Source: Paragordius varius (taxonomy: Eukaryota > Animalia > Nematomorpha). Taken from it: 64,000 nt of DNA. Below the pieces are notes generated by a model. That model did not search any database. It was given only the letters and a program-made list of their open reading frames with translations, and was not told the DNA's origin. The position numbers were made by a program, and so were the translations under genes. The stretch spans positions 4,712,001 to 4,776,000 of the forward strand of contig OZ176055.1 of assembly GCA_964247055.1 (NCBI GenBank), given 5' to 3'. This document shows positions 38,206-52,070 of this stretch, one piece after another. How positions within the stretch are numbered: position 1 is the stretch's first letter; each line of letters opens with the position of its first letter.

Positions 38206-38430
38206 CAGGGGTGCCCAGCACACGCTCCTCTGAGATATAAGCGGCTCGCAGAAAATTGGGATATTTATCACTTGTAAATATATGATTACAAAACCTTAAT
38301 AAAATTGATATTTCTTAAATATTAAAATCTATCCATTGGACAATGAACTAAGAATTTTTTTTTTATATTTGTTCGCAATCTAATAAAATATTTTTTCAGT
38401 GACCATATATATTTAAATGTCCGCCTTTTG
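38206..38430. mobile_element. hAT Charlie-like MITE, right end decayed
   Basis: ttttagat|CAGGGGTGCCCAGC...gcggctcgc. Right end approximate. Confidence 0.5.
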
Positions 38431-38949
38431 TGAGTTAATTAGATCGTTTAACAGAGCTTAATAGTATAAATAGACCTACGCGCCAGACAATGTAATTTAC
38501 TTTACTGTTTAAATACAGTAATCTTCCCTCATTATGACTTTTTAAGATTTATTCAAATGAATCTTAATGAACTAGCTAAAAGCAGATATTTGTTATTTTT
38601 TACGCAACTTTTTACGATATTATACCGATTTAAAATGAATAAACAAATTACCGAATCACTTTTATGCGTATTAATAAAAATTTTTCTAAAATATACTAGG
38701 CAGAAACCTTTTTACCAAATATATTTATCAAAGAGTATAAAACTTTTAAAACAGTGTTTGTTATGATTTTTAAATTTCAAAGACAACTGAAAGCTATTTT
38801 GTGGAACGTGAATCATTTTTATCTGATTAAGATGAACTAAGTAAAGTTTCTCTCATTTAATTTGTCACAGAATAATAAAATATAAAAAGTTTTCTTCTTA
38901 AGTTAAACTTTATATTTAAGATTAGAAACAACACAATTACACATAGATA

Positions 38950-40312
38950 CACTGCGCGCAAAATCGAGGGAATAAATATCCTCATCAAATATATTTATTA
39001 TAAATAAAGTATCAGGATTCTTGGTGCCTTCTTTGGTTTTGTGCCTTACGGATGATATAGGAATAATACTTTGTTTGATGTGATAATTTCCTGATGCGTA
39101 AAATCGCAGGATTTACATACAAAATACTAAATAGTTTTTTTTGATAACTAAAATATATTTAAAATACTTGATGTTTAACAAGCATAATATAATATTTTGA
39201 TTTTTGATTCCCTGTAAAATGGGCTGTATTTAAAAAATTAAACGCAAAAAACGTAGTTTCGCGATAAATTAACATCAAAAATTTTTTTTGAAAAAATACT
39301 TGTTTGGTACAAAAATTTATTTGTTAACATTTTGTTGAAGCGTACTTTATCCTATATTGAACCACGTTAAACAATATAAAAACACTATTATAAGCTATAA
39401 AAACAATCTTTCTATATGCTTTCAATGATACTGAATTTTTCTATCATTTAAAATTTTGATTAGAAAATTAATTCATCTTTAATAAGGTATAAATTTTTGC
39501 AAAAAATTACCTAATTATTAAAGCAAACGAGATTGAAATTAAAATTGAGGTGTAAAATATTCAGCATCCTCAAATTTCACAGACTTCATAATAAAATATC
39601 CTGATATATATTCTAGAAAAATCCATCGGGATTATACCATTTACAGTTCAAATTCACCCTTGAATTCGAATTCACCCTCGAACAATTCAAATTCACCCTA
39701 ATTCGAATTCACCCTCGAACAATTCAAATTCACCCTAAAAATAAATTATGTGTTTTCGAACTAATATAACTCATTAATTATAAAAAATATATGTTTATGG
39801 CATAATTTAATTTTTTCAGTATTATTTTAATTTAAAACAAAATTATATTTTTTAAAAATACATAAAAATATAGGTAATTGTTAATCTTAAAAAACATGTT
39901 ATTTATTTGAGGGTGAATTTGAATTGTTCGAGGGTGAATTTGAAATGTTTAAGGGTGAATTTGAATTGTTTAAGAGTGAATTTGAATTATTTAAGGGTGA
40001 ATTTGAACTGTAAATGGTATATCATGGTGGTTTTGGCCAAAATTTAAGATCGAAACCACATCTAAAATAAAATTCAAAAATATTGTTTTGCAAAATTAAT
40101 ATATTCTGTTATATTTTAAAGATATTTTTTGGAATAAAACATGCTTTAAATAATTTTTTTATTATAATCTGCACTAATTTTGTTATCTTACGATGTCGAG
40201 AAATTACGACAAAGTAAATAAAGCAAAACCAACACTTGATAATCCTGATACATTTATCCATCAGAATATATATAATTCATCAGGATATTTTCCCCACGAT
40301 TTTGACTCAGTG
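38950..40312. mobile_element. Foldback family copy with clear CACTG...CAGTG termini, interrupted by a TA MITE
   Basis: cactgcgcgcaaaaatcgagggaataaatatcct..gtatcaggatt versus aatcctgatac..aggatattttccccacgattttgactcagtg. Flanks ta / tt. Confidence 0.8.
39635..40019. mobile_element. TA-flanked MITE with TIRs made of tandem ~20-bp units
   Basis: TA|TACCATTTACAGTTCAAATTCACCC ... GGGTGAATTTGAACTGTAAATGGTA|TA. Unit aacaattcaaattcaccc repeated 4-5 times per arm. Confidence 0.9.
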
Positions 40313-41731
40313 TTCTATAGTAAAGGTTCGATATTTTCCAAATGCTTCAACAAAATTTTGCCAAAAATTAAAATTTTAAACAAAGAATGCCTTTTTAAAA
40401 AAATTTTTTTATACTATAATCGATCAAATATTAAAATAATTTATCGCCAGATCTTGGCTTTGCGTTTATTTAAAAAACTTGCCTATTTTGGCGGAAACCA
40501 TAATAGTGAGATTTGTGAGCCCACATCTAAAGATAAAATATATAAAAATATTGTTTGTCTTTTTATATCCTATGAAATATATTAATTATCTTGTTTTTTG
40601 GAGAAGAATTTAATGTAAAAAAATTATTTAAGATAATGTTAGGAAATTTTAAAATTTTTCTGGGCGGAGAAATTATCGCAAATCATATCATTCACAAGGT
40701 CTTAAATCAAAAGTACCATGAGAATTCTGATACATGTGTCTATCATAATATATGTTATATTAAATTATTTTTTCGTAGCACCGATATCTCAAGTTATTTT
40801 ATATACAATTTTTTGTTTGGTTTGAAAATTAATAATTAGTATTTTAAATGTTAATTGACTCAAATCTAGGTTTACAATGGCACTCATTTATGATAGCCTT
40901 AATTTCTCAATTCGTTTTCATAATATCATGATTAATTGTGAACTGCAACACAGCACCACAGATCAGAAATTTCCAAACTAATAAAGACAGGCAAAATAAC
41001 CTTACTTATAATTACACACCTATTCGCTAATGATAAAATACTAGGTGATAAACATCTACTGTCATATAAATTCGTAAGATCTAATCCAAACTCTTAAATT
41101 TTATTGTGGATGTGACAAATATGTTGAGTATGTACTATGAAAAATGTTAACTTACAAAAGCAATACCTGCTAGTTAACTTTCAAGTAATTCTGGTATAGT
41201 TTTTTTTTTGAAAAACTATTTGTCCAATTAATAAACGATAAATTAAAAAGTAATTAACCAGAAAAATTAATATGATAAAATATGGTAAACGCTGTTATAA
41301 TTTGATTTTATACGAATACGTTTTGGAGTATTTATTATTTAAAGGCTTATATTTGTAATAATGATAAAGAATTTCTTAAAATAAATATTTATGTAATGGC
41401 CAAAAAAGTTATTTAACAGTTTTTCTTATGCAGTCTAGAACCTTAATATCTTTTACCCATTTAAAACAAACAACTTTTTCCAAATATCAACAATTACAGA
41501 AAATTTTTAAAAACACAATTTAATAGTTAATCATTATTCATTGTATATGCCATTACGAAAATCAGTAATCAAGGAATGGCGGCAAAAGGTAGGACTTTAT
41601 ACAATTGTTTTTTCAATAATACACCTAATGCATCATTTCAAATTTGGCCCTGTATATTAATATATTATTTTCAAATTAGTGATTGCATCGGGGTAGAAAT
41701 CTAGCCCAAATGTTTTTGCACATGTAATATA

Positions 41732-41827
41732 CAGCCAAACCTTTTTTGTACAAATTTTTTAGAAATTGACACCCTGAAAACCTCTTTTTGCGCGGTCTTG
41801 TTTACGATACAAAAAGATATTTGGCTG
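41732..41827. mobile_element. Tiny Tc1/mariner-type MITE
   Basis: TA|CAGCCAAA....TTTGGCTG|TA with ttttttgta / tacaaaaa subterminal match. Confidence 0.55.
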
Positions 41828-44249
41828 TATATATTCCAATTTTATGTATTTAGTTCTGCGTGCTTGCGGATATTAAATAACAGCCGACGCGAATATGGTT
41901 AAATTAAAATTGTTGAATTGGATTAAAATTAATTGTATTCGTTTTGCTCAGCATAAACGCGATTTTGATTATGAACACCACTTGGAGAAGAGTTTTAACA
42001 CGAATTTGTTGCATTTTCTTTATTCTATTATCACTATAAAAATAATAATGTGGTTCTTTTAAAGAATTATTTAATACATCATAAAGTATTTAACTTTTTA
42101 ATATTAAAGTCGAAATTCCAAATAAAAAATTAAAATTGTTGCTGTTATTAGGAGCACAAATGTCCCGCGCCATGCCCAAGAAAACAACCCAAAATGGAGT
42201 TTGGTACTAGTATGTGTTAAAAATAATTTTATCACTGTTTGAAGTTGTAATGCCATATTCACACCGGCACCAATAGAATGTTTGAACATGTCCCCTATTC
42301 CGTATTTGATACGTGTTTGTTTTATATTTATTTTTTAAGTATAATCGATAATTTATTTATGAATTGATAACAAATAAAATTAATATAAATATATTATCAT
42401 TTATAAGCTACTAATTTTTAAATATTAGCCGAATTGTTTTATATTAAAAAAAGATTGAAGTCCTATTTAAACGATAATGTTATGCTGTTTGTAAATTAGT
42501 TTCACGTTTTCTAAATAATTTGTCCAACCAATATTATTCAAAATGTGTACACTATCAATATATGTTTTGCATTAGTAATGTTCAATGCTAAAATTAATTT
42601 TAATTTTAGAATCCGATAACCCCTTAGGATTTCTTTTTCATTTAAAAACGCTTTTTTTCATGAATATTTATGAGATGGTGGTTTAAATTCTGTATTTGCA
42701 ATAATAACCATTATACATAAAAAGGAAATTTATTTATTATATTTAATTTTCAAAACTTATATTTAAAAATTATTTTCATCAAAAAATGCTTTTCTCTATA
42801 GATGATAATTAACATGCTAAAACTAAAATTTATGTTGGCCAGAATAGGAATAAGGAATAAATTCTCTACAGTGTGCAAATAGTTGTTTTCCCGTAACTTT
42901 TTTTGGATTTAATTTTATTAATTATTCATGTATATTTTGCTAGTAGTTAAATTAACTATCCATTAAAATTTAAAGCTAGTAGGAATTTAACTTCTCATTT
43001 AGCATTACATTGGCTCCAAGGTCACACTAATGCGATACAAATATGACGATAAAAACAAAAGTTAAACCTGTGGCTCAAATGTAAAAGAGCAAAAAATGAA
43101 ATAGGTATGTGCTAGTAAAAGTAATATATCTTCAACGATTAGTTAATCAAAAATTGTTATAAGAAAATTTGCTATAAAAGGGATTATAGCGGGTAGCTAT
43201 TTTTCTAATTGATTGTGCCTTCAAAATATTTATTTAGTGTTACAACATAGTTAATGCCAATATATTATTTAAATTAATTAAAGAAATATTATTGGTCATA
43301 GAGTCTTTTAATTAATTAATTTAAATAATTACAAGTTTGATTTCTTTTCGTTTTTTTCTTGCTTAAAAACCTTACAATTTAAAGAAAAAAATCAAAAAAT
43401 ATAAAGTTGATGGATTCTTATTTCTAGAGAACCAATAAATAATTTTCTTTGTAATAAATTTAATCCTTCCCATATCTTTTTTATATGTTGGAACTCCTAA
43501 ACGCTTTAAAATAGAAAATTTTTCTATATTGCCTAAATAACCGTTATGCCGCACCTTCAAAAACCGAATTGCGTCAATACAAATGAAAACAGTATTGATT
43601 AAGAAATTTAAACTAAATACCATAGCACGGTCTGTCTAAGATAGGATGATCAATTGGGAGATGTAAAGCCATGGATGAGTTAGTGTGTCTCTCTTGATGT
43701 TTTTATATCGCGTATTCTCATCGTTATTAAATATTATTTGTTTTAATCTTTACATATATCCCGTTGTCCACAAGCATTGAATTTTTTCTCTCTCAGTGCC
43801 CGACACAAATGGTTTCCCAGGCCGCATTGTAGTTCTCATTTTTGTATTATTTAGATTAAAATAAGCTCTCTCTTTAGAATAAAACCTTTTCTATATTAAA
43901 TTGCACATTTTTTATTTTTTAACATTCGTTAAGGTCGTGTCAAATTTAATCTAGCAAAGATAAAATATATTTTTATAATTAATATCAATATTATTATTAA
44001 TATAACTTCATATTAATACTTCCTAGCCTTTTGGTATGGTTTTATACCTCAAAATTTAAAGTTTAAATATCTAAAAATTAAAGTATTGGGCCACATTTAA
44101 AAATATACTTTCTTTCCTTAATTCAATTTTTTTTTCAAAAATGTAAAATTTTAAGAAAATTTGATTTCAAACTTTTTCACCACCATAAATAGCTACAACT
44201 GCCAAATTAATGTACGTTATGGTTAAATAACACTGCTCAAGGTGACCAA

Positions 44250-44440
44250 CCCATTTTTTTGCATTTTATGTAACTTAATGGCATGGAAATACCAAAACAA
44301 AAAATTGAGGCTCCAATAGGATTTTCTTAAATTAAATTTTAAAAATGATACAATGAGGGGATCGTAGAGCCTGGTAGGAGAGATATGCAGAAAATACAAC
44401 GTAGTTAACGCCAGCAAAATCCAGGGAAATTGACGTGTCA
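44250..44440 (+). mobile_element. RTE LINE extreme 3' remnant
   Basis: DRRAW*...TPAKSRE resembles the RTE ORF end (DR..W...TP). Heavily degraded. Confidence 0.4.
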
Positions 44441-44786
44441 AATTAACTAAATAACAGAATAGAGTTAGATAAATTCGACTATTAAATCGGATAAGAAGAT
44501 TAGATAAATAAAATGGTCCTATTGTAGCTCATAACAGTATGGTTAGATATCCACCATCCACGTAATAAAAGTGGCCTCCCAACATCCAGAAATTTAAAAT
44601 ATACTGCATCCAAAGATTTTGAAAATAAATAATATCCATTAGGTATAATTAACAGGTTTTTTTTGTAAGAATTAACCGAAGATAAAACCCTAATATAAAA
44701 ATAACCAAACCTAACAAAATAAATATAGCCTATCTGAAAGCCTAAGGTTTAAACTACAAAATGCCTCTTTTCGTATTCTTTTAATA

Positions 44787-45139
44787 TACCATTTACAATT
44801 CAATTTCACCCTTAAACAATTCAAATTCACCCCTGAACAATTCAAATTCACCCTCGAACAATTCAAATTCACCCTCAAATAAAATATATGTTTTTTAAGA
44901 TTAAAAATTACCTATATTTTATATATTTTTAAAAAATAAAAAATTTGTTTTAAATTAAAATATTACTGAAAAAATAATAAACTATACCATAAACATATAT
45001 TTCATATTAATAATGAGTTATATTAGTTCAAAAACAGATAATTTATTTTTAGGGTGAATTTGAATTGTTCAAAGGTGAATTTGAATTGTTGGAGGGTGAA
45101 TTTGAATTGTTTAAGGGTGAATTTGAACTGTAAATGGTA
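44787..45139. mobile_element. TACCATTTAC MITE (opposite orientation to the 39635 copy)
   Basis: TA TSD at 44785-44786 and 45140-45141. Three ~20-bp units per arm. Interior is the reverse complement of the 39635 copy. Confidence 0.9.
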
Positions 45140-47559
45140 TATAAAGTACGTGTTAATATTAGCTTTAAAAAACACTAAATTTTAACGTTTATACCCGTAC
45201 TATTTTCTCCCTGATATTTAAATAACATATTTATATTTTTAGGATAGAGTTTAAAACGCTTTATTAAATGATATTAATTGTATAATATAATAATTTTTTA
45301 TTATAAAGTTATACTTGATCTGTCTATTTTATCTTATTTTTGAAATGTTGAAAACATCTGAAAATTCTGATTGGGATGATCAAAATTTTTTTCAGATTTG
45401 GTTTTAGAACACTGAAATTAGTTAAAATTTAAAATTATGGTGGTCCTCGAAAAAGTTCAAATTTGTCGACTAGTGTAATCAAAGAATTAACTTTAACGCT
45501 TTTAAATTAAAAAGAGTCTCTCTGAATTTAGGATACTAGTAATGTAAAAATATATCAAAGCAGGGTTTGACAATTAAATGTTAATCAACACAATTTCATA
45601 GCAGAAGTTTAATTCCAAGTTTAAGCTGTGATATAAAAGAACCCCTTAATGGAATCTCTAAGACAAAAAGATAATGAAGTGGATTCATAGATACTTCAGT
45701 AACGATTTAAATAGCTTTTTTGATAATGAATATTTAATTTACAGACACGGTACCAAAATAAAGAAAAATATTTAATTTGTTCCTTCTAAAATCTTGATTT
45801 ATTCATTCTAACCCAGGAAACCAGATAATTAAGACGAGATTATTTGTAACAATCATAAAAATTTCTTTCCATAATTTAAATTCATATTATACAGAAATAT
45901 ATTGGTGTTTTTTGACTATTGTTACATCGTGCGAACGAGACTTTTTCTAAATTTGACAATCTTAAAAATATCTTGTTTAATATTTTTTGTACACAGTGCA
46001 AGTGATATAGATAAAAAAGGTTAAAATCATGAAAATAAGCGTTATGAAGTTTTACTAAATTTTGGCATGTAATTATGGAAGTAGATAAAGAATTTTGACG
46101 TCAAATGTAAACTTACATTTAAGTTATGTTTATTATTTATTAATAAGAAAGTTAAAACTTACAAACGTAGAACAGACTTTTAGGAAATGCCTTATCCCAA
46201 GAAGTGCATCAATGGATGAGCTTTTCAATTTGAAAAATAATATAAGGCAATTAAATTTATGCATAAACTTCTTAAGACCCAGTAACAAAAATATTAATAG
46301 TTTGATATATCATTATGAACCACATGAATTTATCTGTAGATTTTAATCGAAGGCCACCATGACTGCATGATGGATTTTTCATCCGCATAAATTTAAAATA
46401 ATTTGTATTGAATGGTTTTAATTAGTTAAACAATTAAAAACATATACAATCAAATTTTACCATACCTATAATAATGGTTTCATATCACATCTAAATTTTT
46501 GAATGGTTTGTTATGAAAGATTACAGTCACGATTACAAAAGCAATCATAACCGTGTTAGACCCCTGGATGATTTAGTGAAACAGGTATAGGCATATATAT
46601 TTGCTTATTTTTAGTAGCAAAAAGCTGAACACAAACTGCTTCAAAGGCTTCGATTTAGTGTATATTGGATATTTATTTAACCTTTACTATTTTAATCATG
46701 ATTATTCCAATGAATTGTTATAAATCGGGACTGATAAATTGTAAGATAAAGTTTGAAGAACTATGAGGTAACATTAAGAAAATCAATTATTTATCAATAG
46801 TATATTTATATATAATATGATTCACTAATTATTTAATTAAAATATAACCTATTTCAGTTAATTACTTAAAATCTGTTGAAGGCATTTAATTTAATTAATA
46901 AATGGTTTACACTCTTAAATAAAACATTATTAATTTATAAATTAAGCTGTACACTAATTAATTATTTAATTAAAAGAAGTTAAGATAGAATAGAGACTTA
47001 ATTTTTAATTTATTTGCAAACATAAATAATTTTAATTCTTTTTTATTATTTTAGAATTTCACAGAATTCCAAAAAATTGAATAATACAGTAGCAGCTTTT
47101 AGAAATAAAATGATGAGAATATTTGAATTAACATATCTATACTTATAATGTTTAATTATATATGTCCGTATTCCTAAGACAGAGTAAAAGACAGCATGAT
47201 CTTTTTACACAATCAAAAATTTGGAATAATTTTCTATTATAAAAACTTTGGGATGATTTCGTGACAACTTTTTTACAATAAAATATAAAGCGAAAACAAG
47301 GTTGGTTTTAATTTTATATTGGGTGCTCTTAATGAGCTAAAAGCGAAAAAATTGCACGATTGATTAATCAAAAATCAAATATTTTTTATATTATAGAAGG
47401 GTCATAATGTGGATATTAAGCCATTTGTTTTTTTCCACCATTAAAGTTATTACGGGGTCCTAATTGTCTCGCTATAATTTAACATTCCATGACCTTTTGG
47501 GGTAGTTTTATAGAGCGAAATATCTTATAAAGTTATTAAGCCGGATTTAAAAATATGTT

Positions 47560-48000
47560 TTCTTAGGCGCATATAAATTTTTTAAAAAATATGTAATTTT
47601 GTAAAAAAAATACCACCTCAAACTTTTTGCCCTTTTTAAATTTTTTTCCGCCACAGCAACAGGCAAATCAATGTATACTATGGTTTGATAATGTAAACAA
47701 TTAACATTAAAACTTTCAGGTTACTTTTTACCAGCAAAAACTTGATCTATTTATTTTGATGTCAGCTGTTCGTTTCGATCGTGTTTTGGAGCTGTAATTT
47801 TAGACTATAGAAGTCACAAAACTGTAAATATTAATTGCTTTTTTATCCAATACATGAGAACAATGTTTGATAATTTTAGCTAAAATAACTTTTGAAACAG
47901 TAGTTTGTTTATAAAATTAGGCTATCGATATAAAACTCCAATATGTCAACTAGGATAAAAAAGTGAAAAGGTCATGAAGTATATATAATGGCTAGATTTA
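47560..48000. repeat. Unclassified dispersed repeat, homologous to 12540-13000
   Basis: See the 12540-13000 entry. Boundaries approximate. Confidence 0.55.
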
Positions 48001-48599
48001 AGTTGTATTATTTAAATCTATTTTCCAAACACTTGTCAATATGGTGGTTAAAAAAATGGTGTTAAGTTTTTCAGCTTATCTTTACTTTATTTGTACTAAA
48101 CACAATCCAGATGCAGTTTTCCACCAATTTAATATAAAAACAGCAACACTTTGACATTTTCGGTGCACAAAATATTCCTAATTCTGGTAGTATTTGCAGA
48201 TCCATCTATCTTTTATGACAATTTTTGACTAAATAAATAATTAATATATCTTTGAATACTAAAATGTCATTGGATTGTATTATAATATTGAACAGAAAAG
48301 AAAGGTGTAATGTTTAACTAAATATTTTATTCTGACCTAAAAAAACCATACTCAAATGCAATCAATAGTGACTGCTAAAGTGTTTTTTTCTTTGAATTAA
48401 AGGTGGATTATACAGAATATTTTGTAACATGTAATAAAGCGTTGTTACAGAAATTCAATAATTAATATATTATTTTATTAAAAATTGGAGTGAAGTAAAT
48501 ACGAAAATTAAAAAAAATTAAAAACGCATTGTTTATATAAAGGATTATCTTTATTATTATATAAAAGTTAGATATTTAAAAAAAAATTATATTAGCATC

Positions 48600-48813
48600 A
48601 TGAACGAGCAGATCTAACCAAAAATGGCTTCGCGGGCCGCATTTAGAACGCTATTTTATTGTTAAGATTTGGCAACACGTATTTGAAATTTGTTAAAGAA
48701 ATATAAATTGTCTTAGATTTTGAAAATAGAATTTTTTTAATTAGGAAATTTTGTATTTGGTATTTAATTTTCGGCGAGCTGCAAAAATCTTTTAGAAGGC
48801 GTGTTGGACTCCC
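48600..48813. mobile_element. hAT Charlie-like MITE, decayed
   Basis: tcgcgggccgcattt ... gagctgc ... gtgttggactccctt. Similar interior to the 24027 and 35401 copies. Confidence 0.5.
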
Positions 48814-50687
48814 TTAAAATATAATATTTTGGGGTTTTTTAAAAATTTTATCCACTTTCAGGTACTAAATTAACAATTCTTTAAGGTACTATATAATGAT
48901 ATATTAAAATTTATCATTTAGGACCCCTATGATTAATTATTACAGTAATTAAATAATATTTATTTTCATAAACAGATTATAACTTATACTCTTACTTTTA
49001 CAGTAAATATTGAAATACAGACAAAACGTTAAAAAAACAAAAACTAATATTTTTCAAAAGACATCCATACTTTTTTAAATCTTAATTTTTCCATATAAAT
49101 TATTTAACTACATTCGTAAAATATTTAATTGATTGTACCATATTTTATATTTAAAATTTTTAAAAAATTCGTTATATTTAAAAATAACAAAGTACATGGT
49201 CATTTTAGAATTTATTTGTCTTCTTATTTTAAGGTTAAGCATAACTTCAGTTTTTACTGCAATTATCGAAGTTAACCATCACATAAATATTTCTTTTTCT
49301 ATCATTCTGCATTTTGGCCGATTTTACGCATAAATAAAAATATTATTTATTTTATCGTAAAACAGCCTACTTGCATAATTCTCAAATTTGGATCCTAAAA
49401 TATCAAATTTAAACTAATTTTTGACTTAATAAGCGAGGAAATTTTATCGGAAGTTAAAAGGTATGTAATAGACCAATCAAATTTTAGTCTAAATTTTAAA
49501 AACCGAACAAAACGATCAAAACGTACTCTACCCAAACATGATTGCCATTAATTAATTAATTTGGTAAACTTTCATAGGATAATTATATAAAAGTTGGCTA
49601 AAGTAGGAGATGTAATTATTTAAACAAAAGGAATCAAAAATTATATGACACATTTTCCTAAGCATGATAGAAATCATATATAAATTTACAGTCATTTTTT
49701 AAAGATCCCTATCATAAGCGACATTAAGCTGTAAAGCTTTCGAATCAATTAATTTTTAAATCCGTTATTTTTATATACATATTACGATTATAGTTGAGTT
49801 TGGTAAGTAATGGACGCCAAATATATAAAATCCTATCACATATTGGCTATACTTTAAATAAAGGTAAAACTATGGTTGACTTTATATAATTGACAGTCTT
49901 TGAATATGTTGCGGTTTTTATAAAATCATTTATTAAATATTTTATGTTTATTTATATATCTATAAGGATTTTTACCTAAATGGGTAATGGGTATCAAAAT
50001 AGGTAATATCCATATGTATATCGAATATTAAATTATTTAATTATCAATCGTGAACGTTAATATAAAAGTTTTTATATTTTATTAATATAATCCCAATAAA
50101 ATGTAAATTTAGTCAATTTTAAATATGTAAACGGTAATTTTGTAATTTGTAATTAATATTAGTCCATCGAAAATCTAGATATGATGAATATACACATATT
50201 AAAAAAACACTAACATATTTTTTCTTAAACGCGGCTATCGTTAGATTAACTCTTATATTAATATTAGATAAATGAAATATACATCTATATTGACTTCTAA
50301 AGAATATAGCGCCTCATTTTATAATATTAATAAATTAATTTGAATAAAAAGAATATTGAAAAAAAGTGTATATGAAATATGCCATTTTTTGAGACGTGAA
50401 GATGTACTTTTTATTTTTTATTGATTAATTATTATTTATAGAATTATGATTATATAAGGATACTTTTTTTTTCATTTCATACATTTACACACGATCCTAA
50501 TTACTAAATTACCTGAAAAACTTTCAGCATTTTATCATCAATTTATCACTTGTTATTACGATTCCGTTTCTGCATCTTCAGCTAAAGTAAATATAATAAT
50601 AGTCAACTTTGTGAAAATGATTATTTTAACAAAATTTTCTCTATTATCCACCTAAAAAATAATAGTAAAACAATCTAAAAATTTATA

Positions 50688-52070
50688 ATGAATAAGAGTC
50701 AATCAATAACTACTAACTTAACGATATCGTCAATGGAAGACACGGAATCAGAAGACATAGGCATGCCGATTAATTTTATTGCAATGAAACCTTTGAAATG
50801 GGCAATTCCACTTTTAGGGTATGGAGGTACGGCGCTAATTTTAATAACATTTTTTACCAATATTTTTATCGTTATTGTATTGGTTCAAAGACATATGCGA
50901 TCTCCAACAAACACTCTTTTAGCTTGCATGGCTATAACTGATATGCTCACCGGATTATTCCCACTTCCCTGGATGATACATTTTTACATAAAAGGAGCTT
51001 ATAAAAATCCTGTAGGTTTGCATTGGTGCCGTTATTACTCAGTAGGGGTAATGCACATTCCCACAATATTTCACACAGCTTCTATTTGGTTGATTACAAC
51101 TTTGGCTATTCAAAGGTATATGTATGTATGCTATCCTAATACGGCAAAGAAATGGTGCACAATCCCTAAAGTCCTAATTTTCGTTGGTATCATATACATT
51201 CTTTCCTTCACATATAACTTTGCACGCTTCTTTGAACACATATACAGTATGAGGCGACTTTCTTGGAAACAGCAAATGACGCGATGGGGTTTCGCCCATT
51301 TACTCAATGTAAAAACAACAAATACTAAATCTATCGAACGTAACCAACATCTTAATTTTGGTGAAAATCAAAAACTAAAAAACTCGCTTGATATTACCAC
51401 ACTTCATTGCGCTTATACCACTGCCAAATGGCTCCGAGATTGGGAAAATGTATTTTATAATGTATATTATTGGTTCAGAGTCATATTTGTCCATGTTATT
51501 CCCTGCATTATCCTAGTCGTCCTAAACGGGTTATTGATTCACGCAATGAAAAAAGCAATCGAGAGGCGCAAACAAATACTGTTTAAAAATTACAAAAAAC
51601 ACATTAGGGTCAATGAAGAAATAAGTGAAAAGAAAAGGGATACATATTCAACAACGTACATGCTAGTCTTGGTAGTTTCAGTGTTTTTAATTGTGGAAAT
51701 TCCTTTGGGAATAATATTTATTCTTCATATAATACAGAATACATTTCTTATACAAGTGCTTAATTATGAAATTGCAGTTATTTTTTCAACCCTTATAGAC
51801 TTTTCCATTTTAGCTAGTTACCCTATTAATTTCTTTATATACTGCCGAATGAGTAGACAATTTCGCCAGACATTTAATCACCTTATGTCAAGACTGTTTC
51901 AATTCTGTAGAAATTTTGGGTCTGAAAATTTATCGCGATCATTTAATGGGTCCTATTTAATCAATGATACCACCAACACTCTCGAATTCACCCAGCAACC
52001 TCTAATCAGAGCAAAAGGCAAAACATGTGTTCTTACTAAAGACACTTCATTTATTACCAATAATTCATAA
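50688..52070 (+). CDS. SPR: Sex peptide receptor / myoinhibitory peptide (allatostatin-B) receptor, class A GPCR, single coding exon, 460 aa
   Basis: Seven TM segments. RHMRSPTNTLL, HTASIWL..LAIQRYMYVC..AKKWCTIPKV, YYWFRVIFVHVIPCIILVVLNGLL..AM...ERRK, TTYMLVLVVSVFLIVEIP and SYPINFFIYCRMSRQFRQTF closely match the SPR family signature as I recall it, including QRY in place of DRY. Confidence 0.9.
   Translation: MNKSQSITTNLTISSMEDTESEDIGMPINFIAMKPLKWAIPLLGYGGTALILITFFTNIFIVIVLVQRHMRSPTNTLLACMAITDMLTGLFPLPWMIHFYIKGAYKNPVGLHWCRYYSVGVMHIPTIFHTASIWLITTLAIQRYMYVCYPNTAKKWCTIPKVLIFVGIIYILSFTYNFARFFEHIYSMRRLSWKQQMTRWGFAHLLNVKTTNTKSIERNQHLNFGENQKLKNSLDITTLHCAYTTAKWLRDWENVFYNVYYWFRVIFVHVIPCIILVVLNGLLIHAMKKAIERRKQILFKNYKKHIRVNEEISEKKRDTYSTTYMLVLVVSVFLIVEIPLGIIFILHIIQNTFLIQVLNYEIAVIFSTLIDFSILASYPINFFIYCRMSRQFRQTFNHLMSRLFQFCRNFGSENLSRSFNGSYLINDTTNTLEFTQQPLIRAKGKTCVLTKDTSFITNNS

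Noticed and set aside
39635-40019. CRISPR-like array (about 20-bp repeats)
   Set aside because: Repeats are directly tandem with no unique spacers, are mirrored as TIRs with a TA TSD, and the context is eukaryotic. It is a MITE.
40193-40839. 130-aa and 82-aa plus-strand ORFs
   Set aside because: They overlap the foldback-family TIR and related repeat sequence. AT-biased composition and no motifs.
42104-42320. GC-richer stretch with a 61-aa minus ORF as a possible hidden exon
   Set aside because: No recognisable motif in any of six frames and no partner exons found. Left unassigned.
45600-46620. Possible additional gene between APP and SPR (83-aa ORF at 46095)
   Set aside because: No coherent exon chain or protein family recognised, and stops are frequent.
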